From an uncultured Acidobacteriota bacterium (GTDB lineage Bacteria > Acidobacteriota > Thermoanaerobaculia > Multivoradales > UBA5704): 64,000 nt of DNA. The DNA is taken from assembly GCA_963718645.1 (NCBI GenBank), contig OY970373.1:1771730-1835729 (forward strand), read 5' to 3'. The translations under genes and the position numbers were made by a program. Below are positions 9,054 through 18,557 of the stretch, piece by piece. The notes below the pieces were generated by a model. The model was not told the DNA's origin, ran no database searches, and saw nothing but the letters and a program-made list of their open reading frames with translations. Position 1 is the stretch's first letter. Every line of letters begins with the position of its first letter.

Positions 9054-9386
9054 ATGCGACTCGAGTTCTACCGCGATGCCGACGGTTCCCCCAACGCCCG
9101 CGGCCAGGGGCACGGCCGGCGGCTGGCCGCGTTCCTCGCCGGCGACCTCCAGGACAGCCCGGAGGCCGCGCGCGAGGTGCTGCGCGCCATCGAGGCCGTC
9201 GAGGCCGGGCGCGCCCCCTCCTGGGAGCGCACCGGCAACGCCTACACCCTGACCCTGACGCCGAAGGGCGCCGAGATCCAGAGCGAGGTCGAGGCGGACG
9301 CCGCCCCTTCCCATCTGCCGCTCGCCGAGCTCCGCGAGCGGGTAGCGGACTGGCTCGCCTTTCTGGACCACGGAGCGCGCGCGTGA
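9054..9386 (+). CDS. YacL/UPF0231-like small cytoplasmic protein
   Basis: MRLEFYRDADG...LAAFLAGDLQ...WERTGNAYTLTL resembles my recollection of YacL (MDYEFLRD.TG...WQRAGHEYTL); RBS GGAG. Confidence 0.6.
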   Translation: MRLEFYRDADGSPNARGQGHGRRLAAFLAGDLQDSPEAAREVLRAIEAVEAGRAPSWERTGNAYTLTLTPKGAEIQSEVEADAAPSHLPLAELRERVADWLAFLDHGARA

Positions 9387-9420
9387 CCTGAAACGTGCGG
9401 GTTCTGACGCATGGTGAGGT

Positions 9421-11640
9421 ATGAGACGCCTTCAATCCTCGCCCGTTTTGCTCGGCATTATCCTCATCCTCCCGGGCCTCCTGGCTCCGCCGCCGGTCCA
9501 CGCCGCGGCGGGGGATACCATCGCCGACCGGGTGCTCGGCCAGCGCCGGTTCGGCACCGCGATCCCTTATTTCGTGGACGGCACGACGCTCGACGCCGCG
9601 GACATCGCGATCGACCGCTCGGCCGTCCCCAACCGCATCTACATCGCCTCGCCCGACCTCAACCGGGTGCTCGGCTGGTCGGACCTCGGCCGCTTCCGGG
9701 CCGGCGCCCCCGCCGACCTGGTGCTGGGGCAGCCATCGGTCTTCAACGGCAACTCCGCCGACAGCTACCTCTCCTGCCCGGCGCCGCCGAGCGCGACGAC
9801 CTTCTGCGCGCCGGACCGCGTCGCGGTGGACCCCGCCGGCAACCTCTACGTCGCCGACGCGTTCAACTTCCGGGTGCTGGAGTTCGACCGCCCCTTCGCC
9901 ACCGACCGCGTGGCGGACCGGGTGTTCGGCCAGGCGAGCTTCACGGCGCGGAAGGTCCCGGCGTCGGGGCCGCTCAACTATCCGGCCGACCTCGCCGTGG
10001 ACGCCCAGGGGAACCTCTGGGTGGTCGATCCCGCCGGCACGCGGCGGATCCTCGAGTACGACGCGCCGGTGTCGCGCGGCAAGGGGCCGGTTCCGGCTCC
10101 CGACCGGATCATCGCCGCCGCCACGGAGGCAGCTTGTTTGAACGGCACCCCGGCGCGGCCCTGCAACCCGTTCAGCCTCGAATTCAGCCCGCAGGGGGAC
10201 CTGTACGTGGTGGACTTCGCCCCCGGCAAGCCCTCGCGCCAACTGGTCTATCAGCTCCCCCTGAAAACCGACCTGAAGGCCGACTTCACGCTCGCCCCGG
10301 CGCCGGAATCGTACTTTCAGCAGCCCGGGGTTTTCGATGCCGCCGGCGACCTGGTCTTCCTCGCCTCCTCCGGTCAGGTCTGGCAGTATGCGGCGCCGAT
10401 CGGCCCGGGGACCCAACCGGAGGTCCTCTCACCCCCGCTCGACAACATCGGGTTCCTCGCCCAACTGGCGCTGGATTCGCGGGGGAACCTCTACGTGACG
10501 AGCTATCACATCGTCGGCGAAGACAGCTTCGTCTATGTTGTCGACACCCCGTTTCAGGCCGCGCCGGCGAGGGTGGGGAGCGAGCGGGAGACCACCCGGG
10601 GCCTGGCGATGCCGGACATCCTTGCGATCGACCGCAGCGCATCCCCCAACCACCTGTACGTCGTCGACGCCTACGGCCGGATTCTCGGCTGGCGCGACGC
10701 CGAAGGGTTCGCCAACGGCGCCGCGGCCGACCTCGTCCTCGGCGAGCCCATCCATGGCTCGCTCTCCGATCGTGGGGGCCTGGCGGTCGACTCGCACGGT
10801 AACCTCTGGGTGGCGGACGCCGACAACCACCGGGTGCTGGAGCTCGACCGCCCGTTCGAGAGCGACGGAGTGGCCGACCGGGTGCTGGGGCAGGGTGGCT
10901 CGTTCACCTCGAGTGTCTGCAACCTCGGGGGAGTGAGCGCCCGCAGCCTGTGCTTTCCGGGAGCCCTCGCCTTCGACCCCCAGGACCACCTCTACGTCGC
11001 CGACCTCGAAAACCACCGGGTCCTTCTCTTCGAGCACCCGGAGACCGACGACGCCGCGACGAAGGTTTTCGGCCAAGCGGACTTCACGCAGGCGCTCTGC
11101 AACCGCGGCCGCCTGAAGCCCGGCGCCGCGACGCTCTGCCTGGGGGGCTTCGCAGGGGACTACCCTGTCTTCTTCGGCGATTCCAGCCTGGCCGTGGACC
11201 CGCATGGGAACCTTTACGTGGTGGACTCCGTCAACAACCGGGTGCTGATCTATCGCGATCCGCTGACCTCCGACGCCACCGGCGCCGTGGCGGACGTGGT
11301 GATCGGCCAGGACGACTTCAAGCAAAGGCTCGGTGGCACCGGCCGGCAGCGCTTCTCGGGCCCTCTGGCGGTCGCGGTCGGTCCCAGCGGCGCGCTCTAC
11401 GTGGCCGATTCCGGCAACGACCGCGTGCTGGAGTTCCGGAAACCCCTGCGGGACACCCTCGCCGACCGCGTTTTCGGGCACGCCGGTTTCACGGCCGGCG
11501 GTGTTCGATATCCGAACCTCCCGCCGCCGGCCACGGCCGCCAATCTCCTGACGCCGATGGGGGTCGCGGTGGACGCGCTGGGTAATCTCTACATCGCGGA
11601 TACCGAGCACGGCCGGGTGCTGGAGTACGACCGGCCGTAA
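9421..11640 (+). CDS. Secreted NHL-repeat beta-propeller protein
   Basis: Signal peptide; repeated AVDxxGNLYVADxxNxRVLEF and ADRVLGQ motifs. Confidence 0.88.
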   Translation: MRRLQSSPVLLGIILILPGLLAPPPVHAAAGDTIADRVLGQRRFGTAIPYFVDGTTLDAADIAIDRSAVPNRIYIASPDLNRVLGWSDLGRFRAGAPADLVLGQPSVFNGNSADSYLSCPAPPSATTFCAPDRVAVDPAGNLYVADAFNFRVLEFDRPFATDRVADRVFGQASFTARKVPASGPLNYPADLAVDAQGNLWVVDPAGTRRILEYDAPVSRGKGPVPAPDRIIAAATEAACLNGTPARPCNPFSLEFSPQGDLYVVDFAPGKPSRQLVYQLPLKTDLKADFTLAPAPESYFQQPGVFDAAGDLVFLASSGQVWQYAAPIGPGTQPEVLSPPLDNIGFLAQLALDSRGNLYVTSYHIVGEDSFVYVVDTPFQAAPARVGSERETTRGLAMPDILAIDRSASPNHLYVVDAYGRILGWRDAEGFANGAAADLVLGEPIHGSLSDRGGLAVDSHGNLWVADADNHRVLELDRPFESDGVADRVLGQGGSFTSSVCNLGGVSARSLCFPGALAFDPQDHLYVADLENHRVLLFEHPETDDAATKVFGQADFTQALCNRGRLKPGAATLCLGGFAGDYPVFFGDSSLAVDPHGNLYVVDSVNNRVLIYRDPLTSDATGAVADVVIGQDDFKQRLGGTGRQRFSGPLAVAVGPSGALYVADSGNDRVLEFRKPLRDTLADRVFGHAGFTAGGVRYPNLPPPATAANLLTPMGVAVDALGNLYIADTEHGRVLEYDRP

Positions 11641-11652
11641 GCCGCCAGCGCC

Positions 11653-12312
11653 TCAGCTCGGCTGCGAGAGGGGGAAGTCGAAGCTGGGGAGGCCGGTGGG
11701 GCCGGTCATCAGGTTGAGCAGGACGGTCTCGAGCTCGCGCAGGCTGGGCGTCTCCATCAGCACCTGGCGCTCGGCGGGGGAGAGCGGGATGGCGTGGGCG
11801 ATGGCGGTGACGATCTCCGTCCCCGCCATGTTCTCCATCACCTCGAGGTCCATGTCCGACTCGTTGGCCTCGATCCGCTGGCGCACCAGGCCGCGCAGGA
11901 CGGGGAACTCCAGCTCGTCCTCGAGCTCCTCGGGATCGTCGGCGAACTCGCCGTAGCTGACCACCACGCGCCGGTAGCCGCGGTCGCAGGGGGCTTCGCC
12001 GACCACCCGGAAACGGATGACGCCACCGACCAGCACCAGGTAGCGGTCCACCTCGGTCTCATGGACCTCGCCGATGTAGCCGACGCAGCCGACCTGGTAG
12101 ACCGGCGGCCGGCCGGCCAGGGCGCGGGCGGCGGGGGAGCCGTCGGAGAGCGGCTGGACGATCGCCACGTAGCGGTCCGCCGACATGGCGTCGTCGACGA
12201 GGTTGCGCTCGCCGGGCTGGGCGGCGGCCAGCGGGACGACCGTGCCCGGCAGCAGCAGCGGCTGCTCCAGGGCGAACAGCGGGAGGGTGGTCGGCATCTC
12301 GTCGGATTTCAC
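11653..12312 (-). CDS. Stand-alone Lon N-terminal substrate-binding domain protein (copy 2)
   Basis: LPLFAL..PLLLPG, YQVGCVG, GVIRFRV, SPAERQVLME; start uncertain (12297, 12312 or 12360). Confidence 0.8.
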   Translation of the reverse strand: MKSDEMPTTLPLFALEQPLLLPGTVVPLAAAQPGERNLVDDAMSADRYVAIVQPLSDGSPAARALAGRPPVYQVGCVGYIGEVHETEVDRYLVLVGGVIRFRVVGEAPCDRGYRRVVVSYGEFADDPEELEDELEFPVLRGLVRQRIEANESDMDLEVMENMAGTEIVTAIAHAIPLSPAERQVLMETPSLRELETVLLNLMTGPTGLPSFDFPLSQPS

Positions 12313-12356
12313 GGCGGCTATGATCACAGACCGCCCGCCCGACCGCAAGGAGCCGC

Positions 12357-13040
12357 TCAATGCACGCGCGAGGGGGGCGTGGTGTCCGGCGTCGTCGTCA
12401 GGTAGTTGAGCGAGAGGAGCTGGCCGAGGGTGTCGAGCAGCTCGCGGAAGTCGCGCGCCTCCAGCAGGGCCTGCTTCTCGGCCGGGGCGAGCGGCGCGGT
12501 CTGGGCCATGAAGAGGACGATCTGCCGGGGGGAGAGCGCCTCCAGCACGCCGGCGGAGCCGAACTGCTCCCGGCCGAGCGCGAGGATGCGGTCCTTGAAC
12601 AGCGCCAGCTTCAGATCCTCCGGCTCCTCTTCGCGGCTGCGGAGGTCGGCGGTGAACTCGCCGTAGTCCACCCGCCCCCGCGGGAGCCCGTCCGCCGCCG
12701 GCAGCTCCTCGCGCAGGCGGAAGCGGACGACCCCCTCCAGCCGCACCTGGTGCGCGTCGTCGCCGCGGCTCTCCTCGTGGACGCGGGCGAGGCAGCCGAC
12801 GGTGTAGAAGCGGCGCGCCGGCTCGCCGGCTTGGGGCTGGGCGCCCTGGACATCCTCGGCGCCGCGCACCTGGACGACGCCCACCCAGCCGTCGCCGGCC
12901 AGGGCGGCCTCGATCACCGCCCGCCCCTCGGCGGCCGTGATCGCGACCGGCAGCACCGTTCCCGGCAGCAGCAGCCAGGGCGCCAGCGGCAGGAGTTGAA
13001 TCGTGGCGGGAAACTCGGCGATCCGCGATTCGGAGCTCAT
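12357..13040 (-). CDS. Stand-alone Lon N-terminal substrate-binding domain protein (copy 1)
   Basis: LLPLAPWLLLPG, YTVGCLA, GVVRFRL, APAEKQALLEA. Confidence 0.82.
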   Translation of the reverse strand: MSSESRIAEFPATIQLLPLAPWLLLPGTVLPVAITAAEGRAVIEAALAGDGWVGVVQVRGAEDVQGAQPQAGEPARRFYTVGCLARVHEESRGDDAHQVRLEGVVRFRLREELPAADGLPRGRVDYGEFTADLRSREEEPEDLKLALFKDRILALGREQFGSAGVLEALSPRQIVLFMAQTAPLAPAEKQALLEARDFRELLDTLGQLLSLNYLTTTPDTTPPSRVH

Positions 13041-13086
13041 GGAGGGATGATAACAGCCTCGGAAGCCGCGACGCGACGGCATTCCT

Positions 13087-13124
13087 GTCCGTGTGGGTCC
13101 GTGTTCGTCCCTGCCCGTCCGTGT
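13087..13124. repeat. Half element of the 10-nt GTCCGTG repeat family
   Basis: gtccgtgtgg-gtccgtgttc-gtccctgccc-gtccgtgt. Confidence 0.65.
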
Positions 13125-13137
13125 CCCCTCGCCCTGC

Positions 13138-14034
13138 CTACAGCTCCGGCTCCCTGCCGGTCAACCGGCGGAACGCCTCGACGTAGCGGTCGAGCGTGCC
13201 GGCGACGACGTCGGCGGGGAGCTCGGGCGGCGGCGATTCCCGGTCCCAGCCCGAGGCGTCGAGCCAGTTGCGGACGTACTGCTTGTCGAACGAGGCCGGC
13301 TCCTCGCCGGGGAGCCAGTGGGCGAGGTCCCAGTAGCGCGAGGAGTCGGGAGTGAGCACCTCGTCGATCAGCAGGAGTCGATCGGAATCCACAGCGTAGC
13401 CGAATTCGAACTTGGTGTCGGCCAGGATCAGGTCGCGCCCGGCGGCGTGTGCCGCGCCCGCCTCGTAGAGCTTGAGAGTGAGGTCGCGCAGGGTGGCGGC
13501 GAGCCCGGGGCCGGCGGCGCGCTCGACCGTGGCGAAGTCGACGTTCTCGTCGTGCCCCTCCTCGGCCTTGGTGGCCGGCGTGAAGATCGGCGCCGGGAGC
13601 TGGCTCGCCCGCAGGAGGCCGGGGGGGAGCGGGATGCCGCAGACGCTGCCGCCGCTCACGTACTCCCGGTAGCCGCTGCCGGCCAGGAAGCCGCGCGCCA
13701 CGCACTCGAAGGGGACCACCCGCGCCTTGCGCGCCAGCACGGCGCGCCCCCGGAGCTGGTCCCGGTAGGGGCGCAGAGCCGCGGGGAAATCCGCCGGATC
13801 GGTCGCCAGCAGGTGGTTGGGGACGAGGGGCGCCAGCCGCTCGAACCAGACGTTCGAGAGCTGGTTGAGGATCTTCCCCTTGCCCGGGATCCCCGGCCGC
13901 AGCACGTGGTCGTAGGCCGACAGCCGGTCGGAGGCGACGATCAGCAGCGTGTCGCCGAGGTCGTAGACGTCCCGCACCTTGCCCCGCCGCGGGGCGGGGA
14001 GCCCGGGGAGGTCGCTCTGCCATAGCGCTTCCAT
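13138..14034 (-). CDS. purC: SAICAR synthetase
   Basis: RGKVRDVY, SDRLSAYD, ECVARGFLAGS, TPATKAEEGHDEN, ADTKFEFG, DEVLTPDSSR, SFDKQYVR. Confidence 0.97.
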   Translation of the reverse strand: MEALWQSDLPGLPAPRRGKVRDVYDLGDTLLIVASDRLSAYDHVLRPGIPGKGKILNQLSNVWFERLAPLVPNHLLATDPADFPAALRPYRDQLRGRAVLARKARVVPFECVARGFLAGSGYREYVSGGSVCGIPLPPGLLRASQLPAPIFTPATKAEEGHDENVDFATVERAAGPGLAATLRDLTLKLYEAGAAHAAGRDLILADTKFEFGYAVDSDRLLLIDEVLTPDSSRYWDLAHWLPGEEPASFDKQYVRNWLDASGWDRESPPPELPADVVAGTLDRYVEAFRRLTGREPEL

Positions 14035-14047
14035 GGCCGGTTCTATA

Positions 14048-16078
14048 TCAGCTCCCCTGGGGATTGGGCCAGCTCCAGGTGCTCTCCAGGAGGTTGGCGA
14101 CCTCGCGGTCGATGGCCGCCAGGAGGGGCTCGCCGGGGATCTCCTTCAGCTCCCCGGCGGCGATCGCGGCGGCGTCGATGATCTCGTAGACGGGGAGCGA
14201 ATCGAGCCCCTTGAGGTGGGCCATGCCGAGCTTGCGGATGCCGATCGGCAAGGGCTCGCCGGCATCCTCGAAGATCGCCACCACATAGGAGCGCGCCCCC
14301 TCCTGGCCGCGGAAGAGGCGGATGCCGGCGGTCTCCTGGTCGAGCTGGGCGATGAACGGGCCGGTGGCCACCATGCCGTTGTTGTGCAGGGTGCCGTTCT
14401 GGTTGATATAGGCGTAGAAGGCGCGCGCCTCTTCTTTCTTGTCGACCACGTCGACGTTCTTGCGCGCCACCGGGGCGAAGAAGCGGTGCACCGTCGCCTC
14501 CGGGTACCCCTGGTTGATCAGCATCGCCTTGACTTCGTCGACCTCCTGGGTCGCCTTGCCGGTGGTCAGCCGCGACAGCTCGACGAGGCCGGGGCCGAAG
14601 AACTCGTAGCGCTCCCCCTCCCGCGGCAGGCCGCCCATCGGGATCAGGCGGTAGGGGCCGTAGTTGAGGGCGATCCGCATGCCGCGGTCGAACGGCAGCC
14701 CATCGCGCACGGCCTGCACGTAGTAGCGCTGGAGCTGGATCGAGCAGAGCAGCAGGTTGGTGGCCTCGCGGCTGGAGTAGAAGGCACCGTCGCCCAGGTA
14801 CTTCTCGAGCTTGGCGCGGTGCGAGGTGGCCAGCCGGTTGATCCGCCGCTGGAAGCGGAACATGGCCAGGAAGGCCCCCTCCTGGCTGTCGTTGCCGGCG
14901 CGGTGGAGGACCGACAGGGTCGCCGAGAAGTCGCTGATGTCGTAGATCATGCCGTAGCGCTCGACCCGCGGATCGATCACCCAGGGCTCCATGAAGTCGA
15001 GCGGCCGGGTGGCGGAGGAGAGGCGCAGCTCGCCGCCGGCGACCGCGCGCCCCGGCGGCAGCTCGCGCCCCAGCATGACGCCGTCGCGCATCTCGATCGG
15101 CACGATCATCCGCCGCAGGCCGTGGACCAGCTCGAACTCCTTGAGCTTGACGATCAGGCTCTCCCAGACCAGGACGAGCGGCGGCGGCAGGAGCCGCTCG
15201 GGGTCGTAGGCGCGCAGGGTGGCCAGGTAGGAGAGGTAGCCCGGGCGCGACAGCAGATCGCGGCCGGCGTTGCGCGGGTCCGCCTTGAGCAGGTGGGTGA
15301 CGGCAGCGCGCAGCCCGGCGTCGGTGGCGAGCTGCTCGAAGTGCCAGCGCGCCAGCTCCTCCAGCCGGCGGCGGAGGTCGCGGCCGTCGATGTGCAGCGA
15401 GCCGGCGAAGTAGCTCGACAGCTCCCCGAGGTCGCGGCCGATATGGTCCTCGGTGAACAGCAGCACGTTGTCGCGCAGGTGGCTCAGCAGGCGGGGGAAG
15501 AGCTCCTCCTCGACCTCCTCGGTGGCCAGCGCGAGCCGCGCCACGAGGTCGTAGATGGCCGACAGCACGCGGTCGAGGTAGCGGTCGAGGATGCGGTACT
15601 TGATGGCGTCGCCGTGCTTGCGGCCGACCTCGCTGTCCCGCCGGAGGATGCGCTTCGGCACATCCTTGAAGAGGCGCGCGACGTCGAGCGAGTGCTGGAG
15701 CCAGAACACGGCCGGATATTGCCGGCCGTAGCTGGAGATGGTGGCGTTCTCGACCGCGCGGCTGAGCAGCGCCGCGTAGCGCTCCCAGGCCTGGGTGTGC
15801 GCCTTGACGTCGTGCCCCTCGCGGCGCAGCCCGGCGACCTGCACGGTCTCCTCGGCCTCGATGTAGGCGGCCAGGGCGGCGCGCAGGCCGAGCAGCCCGG
15901 AGGAGAGCAGGACCGGGAACCCCTGGAGGGGCGTGGCGCTCTCGTCCTCCAGGAAGATCGGGCGCGGCATCGGCAGCACCCGCAGGAGGCCGGGCATCAG
16001 GCGGCGCGCCTCTTCCGGATCCGGGGAGAGGAAATTGAACGGGCCCTGCAACATCTGAAGCAACGACGTCGAATTCAT
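14048..16078 (-). CDS. Soluble protein with a central divergent class III nucleotide cyclase-like domain
   Basis: IYDISDFS...EKYLGDG...MRIALNYG...FFGPGLVELSRL; rest of protein unassigned. Confidence 0.65.
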   Translation of the reverse strand: MNSTSLLQMLQGPFNFLSPDPEEARRLMPGLLRVLPMPRPIFLEDESATPLQGFPVLLSSGLLGLRAALAAYIEAEETVQVAGLRREGHDVKAHTQAWERYAALLSRAVENATISSYGRQYPAVFWLQHSLDVARLFKDVPKRILRRDSEVGRKHGDAIKYRILDRYLDRVLSAIYDLVARLALATEEVEEELFPRLLSHLRDNVLLFTEDHIGRDLGELSSYFAGSLHIDGRDLRRRLEELARWHFEQLATDAGLRAAVTHLLKADPRNAGRDLLSRPGYLSYLATLRAYDPERLLPPPLVLVWESLIVKLKEFELVHGLRRMIVPIEMRDGVMLGRELPPGRAVAGGELRLSSATRPLDFMEPWVIDPRVERYGMIYDISDFSATLSVLHRAGNDSQEGAFLAMFRFQRRINRLATSHRAKLEKYLGDGAFYSSREATNLLLCSIQLQRYYVQAVRDGLPFDRGMRIALNYGPYRLIPMGGLPREGERYEFFGPGLVELSRLTTGKATQEVDEVKAMLINQGYPEATVHRFFAPVARKNVDVVDKKEEARAFYAYINQNGTLHNNGMVATGPFIAQLDQETAGIRLFRGQEGARSYVVAIFEDAGEPLPIGIRKLGMAHLKGLDSLPVYEIIDAAAIAAGELKEIPGEPLLAAIDREVANLLESTWSWPNPQGS

Positions 16079-16196
16079 GCTCGCGCTCGGGGAACGGGCG
16101 TTGTTTCAACTGGAAAAGGAGCGATTACGTATACCATACGCGGCGGCTGCTAAACTCTTGGGCCGCGACATCCCGGAGGAAACGAGGAGAGGATTC

Positions 16197-17666
16197 ATGA
16201 GGGAGCTCGGATCGATTCACGTCGTCCCGGCAGGCAGGCCGGAAGCGGACCTGCTGGCCGTGGGCAGCTTCGAGGGCGAGGCTCCCGCCGTGGACGGCCT
16301 GGAGGAGGCGAACCGGCAGGCGGTCGCGCGCCTGGCGGCGCGCCCGGGGTGGCGGGGCAAGGAGGACCATCTGGCGCAGACCGAGGCCGGCCCCGCGGGG
16401 CCGGTGGTCTCCCTCTACGGCCTCGGCGCCCGCAAGGATTTCACCCACGCCCGGCTCAGCCACTGGCTCTGCCGCGCCGCCGAGGACGCGCGGCAGAGCG
16501 GCGCGCGGCGGTTCGCCGCCGTGCTCCCCGCCCACGCCGAGACCTCCGGCGCCGCCGCCGGCCGCCTGCTGCGCACGCTGGCGCTCTCCTCCTACCGCTT
16601 CGACCGCTTCCTCGGCGAGGCCGAGAGGGCGAACCGGGTCGAGCAGCTCGCCGTGGTGCCGCCGGCGGGCGAGGAGACGGCGTTCGCGGCCGCCCTGCCG
16701 CGGGCCGGAACGGTGGCCGGCGCCATCGCCTGGGCTCGCGACCTCGCCAACTCGCCGGCCAACGAGGCCACCCCCGCCTGGATGGAGGAGCGCGCCCGCG
16801 ACCTCGCCGCCGGCCGCAAGCTCGAGATCGAGGTGCTGCGCGGCGACGAGCTGCGCGCCCGCGGCATGGGCGGCCTGCTCGCCGTCGGCGCCGGCTCCGC
16901 CCACGAGCCGCGGATGATCCGCGTGCGGTATGGGACCCGCGGCCCCCGCGTCGCCCTGGTCGGCAAGGGGGTGACCTTCGACACCGGCGGCATCTCGATC
17001 AAGCCGGCCGCCGACATGGACGAGATGAAGTACGACAAGGCCGGCGCCTGCGCCGTGCTGGCCGCCGTGCGCGCGGCGGCCGACCTCGACCTGCCCGTGC
17101 GCCTGTCGGTCTATACCCCCTTTGCCGAGAACATGCTGAGCGCCGAGGCCTACCGGCCGAGCGACATCGTGCGCTGCTACAACGGCAAGACGGTGGAGAT
17201 CACCAACACCGACGCCGAGGGGCGGATGATCCTCGCCGACGCCCTCGCCTGGGCCGCCGAGGAGGGTCCCGACGCGATCGTCGAGCTCTCCACCCTGACC
17301 GGCGGCATCGTGGTGGCGCTCGGCCACGCGGCGGCGGGGCTCTACACCCCCGACGACGGGCTCGCCGGCGAGCTCGCCGCCGCCGCGCAGGGCGCGGGAG
17401 AGCGGCTCTGGCGCCTCCCCCTCTACCCCGAGTACCTCGAAGAGATGAAGGGCGCGCACGCCGATCTCCGCAACTCCGCCGGCCGCTGGGGGAGCGCCAG
17501 CACCGCCGCGGCGTTCCTGTCGCAGTTCGTGGGCGAGGTCCAGCGCTGGGCCCATCTCGACATCGCCGGCGTCGCCAACGTCAAGGCCGAGCGCACGGCC
17601 TGCTCGGGCGCCACCGGCTTCGGAGTCGCCACCCTGGTGAGCTGGCTCGGCCGGCTCGCCGGGTAA
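16197..17666 (+). CDS. pepA: Leucyl aminopeptidase (M17)
   Basis: VGKGVTFDTGGISIK, MKYDKAG, NTDAEGRMILAD, WAHLDIAG. Confidence 0.95.
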   Translation: MRELGSIHVVPAGRPEADLLAVGSFEGEAPAVDGLEEANRQAVARLAARPGWRGKEDHLAQTEAGPAGPVVSLYGLGARKDFTHARLSHWLCRAAEDARQSGARRFAAVLPAHAETSGAAAGRLLRTLALSSYRFDRFLGEAERANRVEQLAVVPPAGEETAFAAALPRAGTVAGAIAWARDLANSPANEATPAWMEERARDLAAGRKLEIEVLRGDELRARGMGGLLAVGAGSAHEPRMIRVRYGTRGPRVALVGKGVTFDTGGISIKPAADMDEMKYDKAGACAVLAAVRAAADLDLPVRLSVYTPFAENMLSAEAYRPSDIVRCYNGKTVEITNTDAEGRMILADALAWAAEEGPDAIVELSTLTGGIVVALGHAAAGLYTPDDGLAGELAAAAQGAGERLWRLPLYPEYLEEMKGAHADLRNSAGRWGSASTAAAFLSQFVGEVQRWAHLDIAGVANVKAERTACSGATGFGVATLVSWLGRLAG

Positions 17667-17681
17667 GGCCGCCTGCCGCCG

Positions 17682-18557
17682 ATGACCGCCGAGCTTCCCG
17701 CCCTCCTCGAGGTCCGCGACCTGGAGATCGCCTTCCCCGCCGAAAGGGGCTGGTCGCCGGTCGTGCGCGGCGCCGCTTTCGACGTCGGCCGCGGCGAGGT
17801 GGTGGGGCTGGTGGGGGAGTCGGGCTCGGGCAAAACGCTGACCGCCCTCTCCCTGCTCGGCCTGGTGCCGCCGCCGGGGCGGGTGACCGCCGGCAGCGCG
17901 CGGCTCCAGCCCGCCGCGCCGGCCGCGCCGGACGCCGCCGGCGCCGTCGATCTGCTGCGCCTCGACCCCCGCGGGCTCCAGGCCGTGCGCGGCGGCCGCA
18001 TCGGCCTCGTCTTCCAGGAGCCGGCGACGGCGTTCAACCCGGTCTACTCGATCGGCTTCCAGATCGCTGAGGCGGTGCGGGCCCACCGGCCGGTCTCGCG
18101 GCGGGAGGCCCGCGAGGAGGCGGCGCGGCTGCTCGACCGGGTGGCGCTGGCGGACGCCCGGCGGCGCCTCGACGACTATCCGCACCAGCTCTCCGGCGGC
18201 CAGCGCCAGCGCGCGATGATCGCCATGGCGCTCGCCGGCGGCCCCGACCTGCTGCTCGCCGACGAGCCGACGACCGCCCTCGACGTCACCCTGCAGGCGC
18301 AGATCCTCGAGCTGCTCGACGAGCTGCGCCGGAGCCTCGGGCTCGCCGTGCTGCTGATCACCCACGACCTCGGGGTGGTGGCCGAGACCTGCGACCGGGT
18401 GGTGGTGATGCACGCCGGCCAGGTGGTGGAGACGGCGGCGGTGGGCGAGCTCTTCCGGGCGCCGGCCCACCCCTACACCCGCGAGCTGCTGGACGCGCTG
18501 CCTCGTCTAAGCGCTCGTCTGGGCGCGCGCCTCGGCGCCGGGGCGGGCGCCGCTTGA
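17682..18557 (+). CDS. oppD: Oligopeptide/dipeptide ABC ATPase (OppD/DppD type)
   Basis: [38 protein letters not shown]. Confidence 0.88.
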   Translation: MTAELPALLEVRDLEIAFPAERGWSPVVRGAAFDVGRGEVVGLVGESGSGKTLTALSLLGLVPPPGRVTAGSARLQPAAPAAPDAAGAVDLLRLDPRGLQAVRGGRIGLVFQEPATAFNPVYSIGFQIAEAVRAHRPVSRREAREEAARLLDRVALADARRRLDDYPHQLSGGQRQRAMIAMALAGGPDLLLADEPTTALDVTLQAQILELLDELRRSLGLAVLLITHDLGVVAETCDRVVVMHAGQVVETAAVGELFRAPAHPYTRELLDALPRLSARLGARLGAGAGAA

